Assembly (NCBI GenBank): GCA_963731445.1
Contig: CAVSVJ010000002.1
Location: 232,395 to 296,394 of the forward strand
From: an uncultured Solirubrobacterales bacterium
GTDB lineage: Bacteria; Actinomycetota; Thermoleophilia; Solirubrobacterales; Solirubrobacteraceae
Reading direction: 5' to 3'
Length of the DNA: 64,000 nucleotides
The notes beneath the pieces were generated by a model. That model was given only the letters and a program-made list of their open reading frames with translations. It searched no databases and was not told the origin of the DNA. A program made the position numbers and the translations under genes. Below, in pieces: positions 40,534 through 49,722 of this stretch. The stretch's first letter is position 1; each line of letters starts with the position of its first letter.

Positions 40534-43500
40534 CGCTCGGAGCGGCAGATGGAGGGATAGAGGCAGTGGCCGTCGCCGAAGGCGCAGGTGCCGGGGCGAG
40601 CCTCGAGACAGCCGGCATCGGCCTGCTGGGCGGCGTGGACGGCGAGCGCGAGGGTCTCCTCGATCAGCTCGTGCACTTCCTGGTCGGGGCGGGTGTCACC
40701 GCGCACGCAGTCGAGAGTGATGTCGCTGTCGGCGCTGAGGACGCCGCGCGCGCGTAGGTCGCGGCCGGCGAGGGGCTGGTAGAAGCCTCCGATTGCAGGG
40801 TGGTGCAGCAGCTGCTCGGCGACGCGCATGTAGAGGGCGGCCTGCAGATGCCCCTCGGCGAGCCACTTGTCGGGCGGCGGCGCGTAGCCGCCCTTGTAGT
40901 CGTAGACGACGGCCTGCCCGCTAGCGTTGAGGTCGATGCGGTCGACGCGCCCGCGCAGGCGGACGCCGTGGCCAAGATCGAGCGGCGGCAGGCTGTCGGG
41001 CTCCTCGGCATCGAACCCAAAGCCCAGCTCCAGGTAGGTGGGCTGCAGCGGCGAGTCCTGCTGGCAGGCGTGCTGGAGGTAGCGATCGAGGTCGGCCTCG
41101 AGACGGCGGCGCACGCCGGGCACGCGCTCGGGCGCGACGGAGAGAGGAAAGTGAGGGGCGTGGCGGTCGAGCGCGTCGTGCAGGAGCTCGCGCGCGAGGT
41201 CGAGGCGATCGGGCGCAAGACGCGCGGAGCCAGTGTGGCGCTTGAGTCCCTCGAGGGTGTCCTTGAGGGCGGCGTGGGCGAGGCCGCCGCGGGTAAGGGG
41301 CTCGGCCTGGGGATCGATGTCGTTGGCGCGCAGGAGACTCTCGAGGAACCAGCGCGCGGGACAGTCCATCCAGTTCTTGAGCTGGGAGGCGGACCAGAGC
41401 CGGTCGCGGCGCAGCTCGGCGAGCAGCTGCTGGTCCTGGAGCGGCGCCAATGTTGGCGGCTGGAGCGGCGGAGATGAGAGAGCCACGGCGCGCTGCTCCC
41501 AGGAGGCGGGAGCCCGCCCGGGGCCGGGCCAGTGCGCCGCGGCGGCGGGCCGCGATATGCGCGTGTCCCGCAGGTCGCCGGCGAAGAGATCGCAGACGTC
41601 ATCGAGGAAGAGCGAGGGGAAGGTGGAGTCGCCGTTCTCGCCGGCGGAGTGCCAGCTGAGGGCGAGCAGCTCCTCGGGCCGCGAGATGGCGGCGTAGAAG
41701 AGGTAGCGCTCGGCGTCGAGCTGGGAGTCGGGCAGCTCCAGGCGTAGCCCCGAGGCTTCGGCGAGCGAGCGGCGCTCGTCCTCGGAGAGCCAGGGCGGCG
41801 GATGGGCGGGAGCGGGAAAGACGCTGGCCTGAAGGCCGCAGAGAAAGAGCGCGCGCACGCGACGGGCGCGCAGGGCGAGGGGATCGAGCACTGCAACGGC
41901 GCCGCTGGGCGGCGAGCCACCGAGCGGAGCGCTGTGCTCGCCAGTCGCCGAGCCGTCCTCGCCAGACATCAGGAAGTGCTCGTCATCGGCATCGCCGCCC
42001 TCGACGGCCTGGGCGGGCAACTCCAGGCCGCGCAGGATCGCGAGCAGCTCGCCAGGATTGGGCGCAAGCGAGGGCATGGCGCGCGCGAGGTCGGCGAGCT
42101 CGGTGAGCACCCGGGTGGCCTCGCTGAGCGCGCGGGCGTCCTGCAGCTGAGCGCCGGTGAGCACGTGGGCCTGTCCGCGGTGGGGCGCGTAGAAGAGCCA
42201 CTGCAGCTCGCGCTGGATGCGCTCGATGAGAGCCAGGGAACCGCGCTGGGCGGCGTCGCGGATGTGGTCGAGGGTCTCGAGTGGCCAGTTCTGTGACTCC
42301 CAGAGCGCCCTGGCAGCCGCGGCGTCGGTGATGCCCCTCGCGCGCGCGAGTGCTTCGAGGCGATCGGCCAGCTCGGGATGCTGGAGCAGGCCGGGAGCGC
42401 GCAGCCAGGCCATGAGATCCTCGAGGCGCCCGCCTGCGTTGATGCCGGACTGCCCGTCGAGCGCGGCGGCGAGCAGCCCGCAGCATGCGCGACCGAGCGA
42501 GGTGTGGGCGAAGGGCAGCGGCAGGGGAAGGACGAAGGGGATCTCGAACTCGTCGAGCACTTCGGCGAGCAGCTGGGCCACGACGTGCGGCGAGCGATGC
42601 ACGAGCGCTATCTCGCCAGGCGCCATGCCGTCATCGAGCAGCGCGCGGATCTGGCCGGCGACGAGCTCGAGCTCGGCGCGAGGCGAGCCGCCTTCGAGCA
42701 GGCGCAGCGCGCGGGCTGAGTCCACACCTTCCTCAGCCACCGCAGATGGCTCAAAAAGCCCTCGCTCCAGACGATGGAGGGCGTCGCGGGAGAGCGGCGC
42801 GTAATACTCAGCGCGAGCGGGAATGCTGCGGTGCTCGGCGGCCCAGGGCAAGAGCGTCTGAAAGGCCCCGGCGCGCCCTGCGAAGGCGACGCGGCCGGCC
42901 TCGTAGGCGAGTGAGACGGTGAGCGGCGCGTCGGCGATTCGGCCGATGGTCTCGATGGCGTCGAGCTGCAGGCGGGTGAGATCGTCGAAGCCATAGAGGC
43001 GCACGGGCGTGGCGCCCCAGAGCGCGGGCGAGCGGCGCAGCGCGTCGAGGGCGAGCGTGGCGCGCTGCTCGGGATCTGAGCGCTTGAGCTCCAGGAGCAG
43101 CTCGTGGTAGGCGGCAAACAGCGTGTGGAGCTCATGGGCGCGCCGCCCGCGCCCACCGCCGCCCTCCTCCGCGGCGGCCCAGGCGCCGAGCGCGGCGTGC
43201 AGGCGCGCGGGCGTGACGCGCTCGACCTGGAGCTCGGTGACGAGCGCGGCGAGCGCGCGCACGAAGCCGGGCCGCGTGGCAAGCTCGGGCGTGGCGCTGC
43301 GACGCGCGGCGACGGCGGTGAGCAGGCGCTCGCGTAACAGGGGCGTGAGCGGCCGTCCGTCCACGCCGGCGCGGCGGATGACCTCGGCGAGGAGCCCGTG
43401 GAAGCGCTCGACGCGAACCCCCCAGACGATCCCCTCGGCGGCGAGCTCGCGGCGGTAGCTCTCGACGTCGGCGTGGGTGGGGACGATCAGCAGCGGCTCG

Positions 43501-43589
43501 GCTTCGGCGGCGACGTCGGCCCGTATGGCGTCAAGTACGGCACGGGCCTTGCCGGCGTTGGCGGGGCCGGTGATGAGCGTGATCGCCAT
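40530..43589 (-). CDS. AddB/AdnA-like inactive helicase with PD-(D/E)xK nuclease
   Basis: ITGPANAGK, RGRVDRID, YDYKG, Cys staple (DCP...C....C....C); ATGA-coupled to the addA-like gene. Confidence 0.88.
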   Translation of the reverse strand: MAITLITGPANAGKARAVLDAIRADVAAEAEPLLIVPTHADVESYRRELAAEGIVWGVRVERFHGLLAEVIRRAGVDGRPLTPLLRERLLTAVAARRSATPELATRPGFVRALAALVTELQVERVTPARLHAALGAWAAAEEGGGGRGRRAHELHTLFAAYHELLLELKRSDPEQRATLALDALRRSPALWGATPVRLYGFDDLTRLQLDAIETIGRIADAPLTVSLAYEAGRVAFAGRAGAFQTLLPWAAEHRSIPARAEYYAPLSRDALHRLERGLFEPSAVAEEGVDSARALRLLEGGSPRAELELVAGQIRALLDDGMAPGEIALVHRSPHVVAQLLAEVLDEFEIPFVLPLPLPFAHTSLGRACCGLLAAALDGQSGINAGGRLEDLMAWLRAPGLLQHPELADRLEALARARGITDAAAARALWESQNWPLETLDHIRDAAQRGSLALIERIQRELQWLFYAPHRGQAHVLTGAQLQDARALSEATRVLTELADLARAMPSLAPNPGELLAILRGLELPAQAVEGGDADDEHFLMSGEDGSATGEHSAPLGGSPPSGAVAVLDPLALRARRVRALFLCGLQASVFPAPAHPPPWLSEDERRSLAEASGLRLELPDSQLDAERYLFYAAISRPEELLALSWHSAGENGDSTFPSLFLDDVCDLFAGDLRDTRISRPAAAAHWPGPGRAPASWEQRAVALSSPPLQPPTLAPLQDQQLLAELRRDRLWSASQLKNWMDCPARWFLESLLRANDIDPQAEPLTRGGLAHAALKDTLEGLKRHTGSARLAPDRLDLARELLHDALDRHAPHFPLSVAPERVPGVRRRLEADLDRYLQHACQQDSPLQPTYLELGFGFDAEEPDSLPPLDLGHGVRLRGRVDRIDLNASGQAVVYDYKGGYAPPPDKWLAEGHLQAALYMRVAEQLLHHPAIGGFYQPLAGRDLRARGVLSADSDITLDCVRGDTRPDQEVHELIEETLALAVHAAQQADAGCLEARPGTCAFGDGHCLYPSICRSER

Positions 43590-43742
43590 GACAGTCCATA
43601 GTGGCGCACCCACCCGACACAACTCTCGGGGGCCTCGGCCACACAGTCACCCGATACCAACTCTCGGCCCCTCGGCGACACCACACGACACGACCCTCTC
43701 AGCCCCTCGGCCAGTAAGACTGGAAAAACTTCAGTTTTCGGA

Positions 43743-44642
43743 ATGTATGCCGATGCCCCGGGCGTGATCGGGCGCCACCTCGAACTTTGCGAGGGCCTGG
43801 TGCAGGCCTTGGAGCACGAGCAGCTCGTGTTGCACTACCAACCCGTGATGGACCTGCGCAGCGGCGATGTGGGGGCGGTGGAGGCGCTGATCCGCTGGGA
43901 GCATCCGCGGCACGGCCTGCTGCCGCCGCTGGATTTCATCCCGGCGGCGGAGAGCACGGGGCAGATCGTGGAGGTGGGCGAGTGGGCGCTGGAAGAGGCG
44001 TGCCGTCAGGCGAAGGAGTGGCGCGAGGGCGGCCTGCTGGTGCGCATGGCGGTAAATCTCTCGGCGCGCCAGTTCAGCGCGCCGGACCTGGTGGGCTGCG
44101 TGGCAAGGACGCTGCGCGAGACGGGAGTGCCCCCGGAGATGCTTGAGCTGGAGCTGACGGAGAGCATGTTCGCGGATTTGGCAAGCAGCACGAGCATCCT
44201 CACGCGCCTGCGCCAGATGGGCGTGCGCGTGGCGATCGACGACTTCGGCACGGGCTACAGCTCGCTGAGCTACGTGACGCGGTTCCCGTTGAACACGATC
44301 AAGATCGATCGCAGCTTCGTGGAGCAGGCCACCCACGACGAGCACGCCGCGGTGGTGGTGGGCTTCGTGGTGGCGATGGCGCACGAGCTCGACCTGCGCG
44401 TGGTCGCGGAGGGCGTTGAAACCGAGGAGCAGGAGCGCATGTTGGTGACCCACAACTGCGACCTCACCCAGGGCTTCCTGCACGCCCCGGCGATGCCCGC
44501 CCCCGACTGCGAGCGCTGGATGCGCCAGCGCATCTCCCGCACCCTAACCCCCATCCCCGGCGGCAGCGACCCAAACGAACAGTCCCCCTCCGCCTCGCGT
44601 CGCCGCCGAGACCGTTCGCGCCACGTAGCCGCAAGCGCCTGA
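43743..44642 (+). CDS. Stand-alone EAL-domain c-di-GMP phosphodiesterase
   Basis: YQP, EALIRW, AVNLS, ELTE, DDFGTGYSSL, KIDRSFV, AEGVE, QG. Confidence 0.9.
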   Translation: MYADAPGVIGRHLELCEGLVQALEHEQLVLHYQPVMDLRSGDVGAVEALIRWEHPRHGLLPPLDFIPAAESTGQIVEVGEWALEEACRQAKEWREGGLLVRMAVNLSARQFSAPDLVGCVARTLRETGVPPEMLELELTESMFADLASSTSILTRLRQMGVRVAIDDFGTGYSSLSYVTRFPLNTIKIDRSFVEQATHDEHAAVVVGFVVAMAHELDLRVVAEGVETEEQERMLVTHNCDLTQGFLHAPAMPAPDCERWMRQRISRTLTPIPGGSDPNEQSPSASRRRRDRSRHVAASA

Positions 44643-44674
44643 GCGATCGTCTGCCGCCGGAAAGCATCGATGGC

Positions 44675-45121
44675 TCAGGCATCCTCCGGTGGCCGGCGCT
44701 GGCGCTTGCGTTCGGCGGCGCGGCGCTTGGCCTGCAGGCGGCGCTCGCGCGAGGCTGCGGTGGGGCGCGTGGCGCGGCGGCGCTTGGGTACGAGCAGCGC
44801 TGCGGCGAGCCGCTCGCGCAGGCGCGCGAGGGCCAGCTCGCGGTTGCGCGCCTGCGAGCGTCCGTCCTGGGAGATGGCGACGACGCGCAGCCCGAGGCGC
44901 GCCAGCAGGCGCTCGCGCTGGGCCTCGCTGAGCGCGGAGGAGGCGAGCACGTCGAAGCTCGCTTCGATGCGCGAGGCGGTGACGTTGGCGTGCTGTCCTC
45001 CGGGACCGGAGGAGCGGCTGGCGCGCACGGTGACCTCCGCGAGCGGAATCGTGAGATCGCGGTTGATCCGCAGCGCGGTACGGTCGTCCTCGTTCTCGTC
45101 CTGGTCCTCGGCCTCGCTCAA
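44675..45121 (-). CDS. arfB: Alternative ribosome rescue factor ArfB
   Basis: RSSGPGGQHAN, RSQARNR, basic C-terminal tail. Confidence 0.9.
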   Translation of the reverse strand: MSEAEDQDENEDDRTALRINRDLTIPLAEVTVRASRSSGPGGQHANVTASRIEASFDVLASSALSEAQRERLLARLGLRVVAISQDGRSQARNRELALARLRERLAAALLVPKRRRATRPTAASRERRLQAKRRAAERKRQRRPPEDA

Positions 45122-45157
45122 CGCGCTCGCCAGTCTCGGCGCCTCATGTGAGGAAGG

Positions 45158-45454
45158 CTACGCGGCAGCGCCCTCCGGGTCCGCACGCACGATGACGGTG
45201 TCGGCGACGGGGATGATCTCATCGGCGGCGAGATCGGCGCGCGAGGCGTGCTCGCGAATCGCCTCGGGGCTGCTGGCCTGATAGATGCAGACCGTGCCGA
45301 CCCGCCCATCGGGCTCGTTGAGCACGTAGCTGCGAATCCAGCGGATGTCCTGCGACATCTCCTCGTCTCCGACCTTGCGCGAACGACCGGCCGCCGCTCC
45401 CAGCTCCTCCGCGGAGCCCCAGGCCCCGCGCCGCAGGATTACGTAGGTATCCAT
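45158..45454 (-). CDS. DUF4242/SCO4226-like small protein
   Basis: WIRSYV...TVCIYQASSPEAIREHA..ADL.ADEI. Confidence 0.75.
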   Translation of the reverse strand: MDTYVILRRGAWGSAEELGAAAGRSRKVGDEEMSQDIRWIRSYVLNEPDGRVGTVCIYQASSPEAIREHASRADLAADEIIPVADTVIVRADPEGAAA

Positions 45455-45603
45455 GAGTTTCCTCCAACCCTTGATGAGCGAATATGGATTGCCGACGACA
45501 GCTCAGCCGGCAGCTACCGATGCTAACGGACAGCCAGCCGGTGGTCGAACAGCCAGCGGTGGCCCGAGGCTCCGCCGCTCACCGAGCCGGTAGTCCCAGT
45601 TGC

Positions 45604-47880
45604 CTACGCCGCGCTCTGCGCGGCGACCGCCGGCTCGGCCTCTTTGACGGTCTCGTGGTCGGGCGGCTTGGCGCCCTCCTTGGCCCAGGCCTCGTTGAAC
45701 TCGACTCGCCATTTGCCGTCCTCGGTCTGGGCGAGGTTGAGATGCGCGCGGAAGGAGCGTCCGGAGCGCCCGCGGAATCCCGTTACGGGGCGGGCGGTGT
45801 AGCCGGTCTTGATGAGCTCTTTGGCGATGGCGACGGGGAGCTGCTTGCCGGCCTTGCCCTTCCAGATGACGAAGCCGCAGCCGGGGTCCTCGCGGGCCCA
45901 GCAGGAGTAGCCCTTGCGGTTCTCCATGATGGGATGCCCGCAGACGGGGCAGGGGCCGAGGCTGGCGCGGGGGATGCGGACGTCCTTGAGCTTTGAGTCG
46001 AGGTCCTGGACGGTCTCGCGGGCGAAGCCGGCGATGTCGTGCATGAAGCTTTCGCGGGAGTCGGCGCCCTGCTCGATCTTGCCGAGGCGGTGCTCCCAGT
46101 TGCCGGTCATTTCGGGGGATGTCAAGGGATGCCCGTCGAGCAGGCGCACGACGTTGAGCCCCTTCTCTGTCGCCACCAGTGAGCGCCCGTCGCGCTCGAC
46201 GTAGCCGACGGCGATGAGACGCTCGATGATGGCGGCGCGGGTGGCGGGGGTGCCAATGCCGGAGTCCTTCATGGCCTCGCGGAGCTCTTCGTCGTCGACG
46301 AGCTTGCCGGCGGTCTCCATGGCGCCGAGCAGCGAGGCGTCGCTGTAGCGCCGGGGCGGCTTGGTTTCCTTGCGGGCGCTGTCGATCTCGCGCGTCTGAA
46401 CGTCCTCGCCCTCGTGGAGACGCGGGAGCTGCTGATCGGTGGCCTCGTCGTCATCGGAGTCGGCCTTGGACTCGGAGGGGACCTCGCCGTAGACGCCGCG
46501 CCAGCCGGGGACGATCAAAAGCTTGCCGCGAGTGCGGAAGACGTAGGACTCGACGGTGCTCTCGACGCGGGTGTTCTCGAAGACGGCCTCGGGGTGGAAG
46601 ACGGCGAGGAAGCGGCGCACGACCATGTCGTAGACGCGCTTGTCGTCGTCGCCCATGCGTTCGACGGTGTGCTCGGAGTTCGTGGGGATGATGGCGTGGT
46701 GGTCGGTGACCTTGGCGTCGTTGACGACGCGCTCCAAGGGCAGCTCCTTCAGGCCGGTCACGTACTCGGCGGCGGCTGAGTATTCCTTCTGCCCCCCCAC
46801 GAGCTCGGCGGTGGGCTTGATCTCGGCGATCATGTCGGTCGTCAGATAGCGCGAGTTGGTACGGGGATAAGTCAGCGCCTTGTGCTCCTCATACAGCCGC
46901 TGCCCCGCGGCGAGGGTGCGCCGCGCGGAGAAGCCGTAGCGGGTGTTGGCGTCGCGCTGCAGCGAGGTGAGGTCGTAGAGCATGGGCGCCTTCTCGCGCT
47001 GCTCCTTCTTCTCGAGCTTGGTGATGGTGCCCTGTTTGCCGCGGCAGGCGGCAACGATCGCGAGCGCCTCCTCCTCGGTGGCAATGCGCGGCTTGGCGCC
47101 GGCGTGGAAGCGGCCGACGTAGGTGCGCTCGCCGGGCTCCCCCTCGGCCCCGTCGCCGTTGCCGTTGCCGGTTTTCTCCACCTCGAGGCCCTCGGCGGCG
47201 AAGGTGGCGTCGACGAGCCAGTAGGGCTCGGGCTTGAAGGCGCGGATCTCCTCCTCGCGGCGGGCGATGATGGCCAAGGTGGGCGTCTGGACACGCCCCA
47301 GGGAGACGGCCCCGTCGAAGGAGGTGCGCAGGCGGATGGTGGCGGCGCGGGTGGCGTTCATGCCGACGATCCAGTCGGCCTCGGAGCGCGAGCGGGCGGC
47401 CTGCTCCAGGAGGGCCATGTCCTCGGAGGGTCGCAGGGAGGCGAAGGCGTCCTTCATGGCGGCGGAGGTCATGGAGTTGAGCCAGAGGCGCTTGACGGGC
47501 TTGGAAGCTTTGGCCTTCTCGTAGAGGTAGGCGAAGATGAGCTCGCCCTCGCGGCCGGCGTCGCAGGCGTTGATGACCTCCTCGACATCGTCGCGGCGCA
47601 GCTGGCCGGAGACGACGGACATCTGCTTGCGCGAGCGCTCGTCGCGCACGACGAGCTTGAACTTCTCGGGCACGATGGGCAGGTCGGGCATGCGCCAGCG
47701 CTTGTAGGCGGGGTCGTATTCGTCGGGCTCGGCCAGCTGCACGAGGTGCCCGACGGCCCAGGAGATGACATAGTCGGGGGCCTCGAGCCAGCCCTCGTGC
47801 TTGGCGAAGGGGCCGGGCAGCACGCGCGCGAGGTCGCGCCCGACGGAGGGCTTCTCGGCGATTACGAGCGTCTTGGCCAT
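45604..47880 (-). CDS. Type IA DNA topoisomerase (Topo III-like)
   Basis: IAEKPS, DAGREGE, GRVQTP, catalytic TYPRT, GIGTPATRA, C-terminal Zn ribbon. Confidence 0.93.
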   Translation of the reverse strand: MAKTLVIAEKPSVGRDLARVLPGPFAKHEGWLEAPDYVISWAVGHLVQLAEPDEYDPAYKRWRMPDLPIVPEKFKLVVRDERSRKQMSVVSGQLRRDDVEEVINACDAGREGELIFAYLYEKAKASKPVKRLWLNSMTSAAMKDAFASLRPSEDMALLEQAARSRSEADWIVGMNATRAATIRLRTSFDGAVSLGRVQTPTLAIIARREEEIRAFKPEPYWLVDATFAAEGLEVEKTGNGNGDGAEGEPGERTYVGRFHAGAKPRIATEEEALAIVAACRGKQGTITKLEKKEQREKAPMLYDLTSLQRDANTRYGFSARRTLAAGQRLYEEHKALTYPRTNSRYLTTDMIAEIKPTAELVGGQKEYSAAAEYVTGLKELPLERVVNDAKVTDHHAIIPTNSEHTVERMGDDDKRVYDMVVRRFLAVFHPEAVFENTRVESTVESYVFRTRGKLLIVPGWRGVYGEVPSESKADSDDDEATDQQLPRLHEGEDVQTREIDSARKETKPPRRYSDASLLGAMETAGKLVDDEELREAMKDSGIGTPATRAAIIERLIAVGYVERDGRSLVATEKGLNVVRLLDGHPLTSPEMTGNWEHRLGKIEQGADSRESFMHDIAGFARETVQDLDSKLKDVRIPRASLGPCPVCGHPIMENRKGYSCWAREDPGCGFVIWKGKAGKQLPVAIAKELIKTGYTARPVTGFRGRSGRSFRAHLNLAQTEDGKWRVEFNEAWAKEGAKPPDHETVKEAEPAVAAQSAA

Positions 47881-48002
47881 TGAGGGCAGCGTAGCGGTTG
47901 GGGCAAGGCCCGGTAAACCCCCGCCGGATCGGCAGCCATTGGCCAACGCGCCAAAACCGGCCCACGGCGGGCTGCTGAATATACTTATGATATACTCCTT
48001 CC

Positions 48003-48260
48003 ATGGCCCGAGTTCTCGTGTCCATGCCGGACGACCTGCTGGAGCGCATCGACGTGCGGGTGCGACGGAGCGGCGGCAGCCGCAGCGGCTTCCTGAGGGA
48101 CGCCGCCCGCCAACAGCTCGGGTGGCCCGACCCCGCCACGTTCGACGCGGCGCTGACACGAGGACGCGAGGCACTTGCCGGCGCCGGCCCGTTCGAGTCG
48201 GCCGAGCTGATTCGCGCCGATCGAGACGCACACGATGCCGCCGATCGACGTCGTCGCTGA
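48003..48260 (+). CDS. vapB: RHH/CopG antitoxin, leaderless
   Basis: MARVLVSMPDDLLERID...SRSGFLRDAA; TATACT -10 at 47991-47996. Confidence 0.82.
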   Translation: MARVLVSMPDDLLERIDVRVRRSGGSRSGFLRDAARQQLGWPDPATFDAALTRGREALAGAGPFESAELIRADRDAHDAADRRRR

Positions 48261-48687
48261 CACCAGCGTCGCGCTCAAGTGGTTCCACTCCGAGAGCGAG
48301 CAGGAAGTGGAGGAGGCGCGCGCGCTCCTGAGCGCTCACCGTGAGCGCCGCATCGTCCTGCATATTCTCGATCTGACCCTCTACGAGCTGGGCAACGCGC
48401 TGCTGCGCGGACGCCCCAGCTTCAAGGGCGAGCGCACGGCGAAGGTGATCGAGGCGCTGGCCGAGATGTGCCCGGCGGTGGCACCCACCATCACGGACCT
48501 GCGCCAAGCGTGCCGCCTCGCCGAGGAGCACGGTCTGACGCTCTACGACGCCGCCTATGCAGCCGTGGCCGAGCGGCGCGACGCGCTCCTCGCCACGCTC
48601 GACGACCAACTCCTGAGCAGCGGCCTCGGCCAACGCCCCTCGGAACTGCTGAGGGCGCTCACCGAATCGGAAACGGAGGGCGCATGA
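48235..48687 (+). CDS. vapC: PIN-domain VapC toxin
   Basis: VVADTSVALKW, YELGNAL, LYDAAYAAVA, LATLD. Confidence 0.88.
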   Translation: MPPIDVVADTSVALKWFHSESEQEVEEARALLSAHRERRIVLHILDLTLYELGNALLRGRPSFKGERTAKVIEALAEMCPAVAPTITDLRQACRLAEEHGLTLYDAAYAAVAERRDALLATLDDQLLSSGLGQRPSELLRALTESETEGA

Positions 48688-48693
48688 CGAGTC

Positions 48694-49716
48694 TCACCCC
48701 TCGGTCTGTGTCTTGATGGCCTGCTCGACTTCCTGGCCGCGCGCGGTGAGCGTCCAGACGTTGGGCTCGCCCTTGGCGTGTCCGTGCCCGGTGTTGTGGA
48801 TCAGACCGAGGCTGTCCAGGCGCCGCAGTAGCTTTGAGATCTGCCCCTGGTCCTCGACGCCGGCGGCGTCAGCGATCGTCCGGTTGGACGCCCCGGGCTG
48901 CGAGCCGACCGCCACGAGGACGCGGACGGTGCGGTAGGTGAGGCGCATATCCAAGCCCCTGAGCGGGTCGGAATGCTCGCGGCGGGCGGCATGGGTGAGC
49001 TTCGGCGCGGGCCGGTCGATCTCCTTGCGCGCGGCGGCCGGCCCCAGATACGGCCCGAGGATCAGCCCCATCAGCGGGCCGAGCAGATCGGTGAGCGGCG
49101 CGGTATCGCGCATCGAGAGACGGGCATGGACGAGCGCGAACGCCCCCCCGAGCACACCCTCGGCGGTGAGGGGCGGCGGCGGGACCTTCGCCAGCCCGCG
49201 GCCCTCGTCCACAACCGTTACGAGCCGCGCGAGGATCTCGGCGCGGTGCGCGAGCACCCTGGGCCCTCCACCGAGCGCCTCAACCACGAGCAGCCGGCCC
49301 ATCTCCGGTTCGTCCTCCAAGAACAAGAGCAGCGCCGCGATCCCCGCCCTGAGCCTGGCCTGCCACCCCCGCTCACCCTCGTACGCCGGCAGCACGCGGC
49401 GCCCCGCCCGCTCGACCGCCTCGGTGAACGCGGCGGCGAGGCAGTCTTCGCGGTCGGAGAACATTTCATAGAACGTGCGGCGCGAGACCCCCGAGCGCGC
49501 GACGACGTGCGCGACGGTGGCGTTGGCCGCCCCCCGCTCCCCGGCTACTTCGGCCATCGCGGTAATCATGCGGGCGCGTTGGATCTCCGAGACCTTCTCG
49601 CGTCCTACACGAACTGTCTCAGCGCCGGCGCGCACGGGTCCGGAGCGCGCACGCTTACCGCGCGCCCCCTGGGTACGCGCCCCGGCCCTCCGCTCACGAG
49701 CAGACACCGCCACCAC
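48694..49716 (-). CDS. TetR/AcrR regulator with C-terminal wHTH (cassette 2)
   Basis: VAHVVARSGVSRRTFYE; MRLTYRT..GASNR..DQGQISKLL..GEPNVWTLT. Confidence 0.88.
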   Translation of the reverse strand: MVAVSARERRAGARTQGARGKRARSGPVRAGAETVRVGREKVSEIQRARMITAMAEVAGERGAANATVAHVVARSGVSRRTFYEMFSDREDCLAAAFTEAVERAGRRVLPAYEGERGWQARLRAGIAALLLFLEDEPEMGRLLVVEALGGGPRVLAHRAEILARLVTVVDEGRGLAKVPPPPLTAEGVLGGAFALVHARLSMRDTAPLTDLLGPLMGLILGPYLGPAAARKEIDRPAPKLTHAARREHSDPLRGLDMRLTYRTVRVLVAVGSQPGASNRTIADAAGVEDQGQISKLLRRLDSLGLIHNTGHGHAKGEPNVWTLTARGQEVEQAIKTQTEG

Positions 49717-49722
49717 TCCCCC

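Noticed and set aside
43600..43715. Degenerate ~40-bp triple repeat (caactctcgg..ccctcggc) between the addB-like and EAL genes
   Set aside because: Too degenerate and GC-rich to assign any function from sequence alone.
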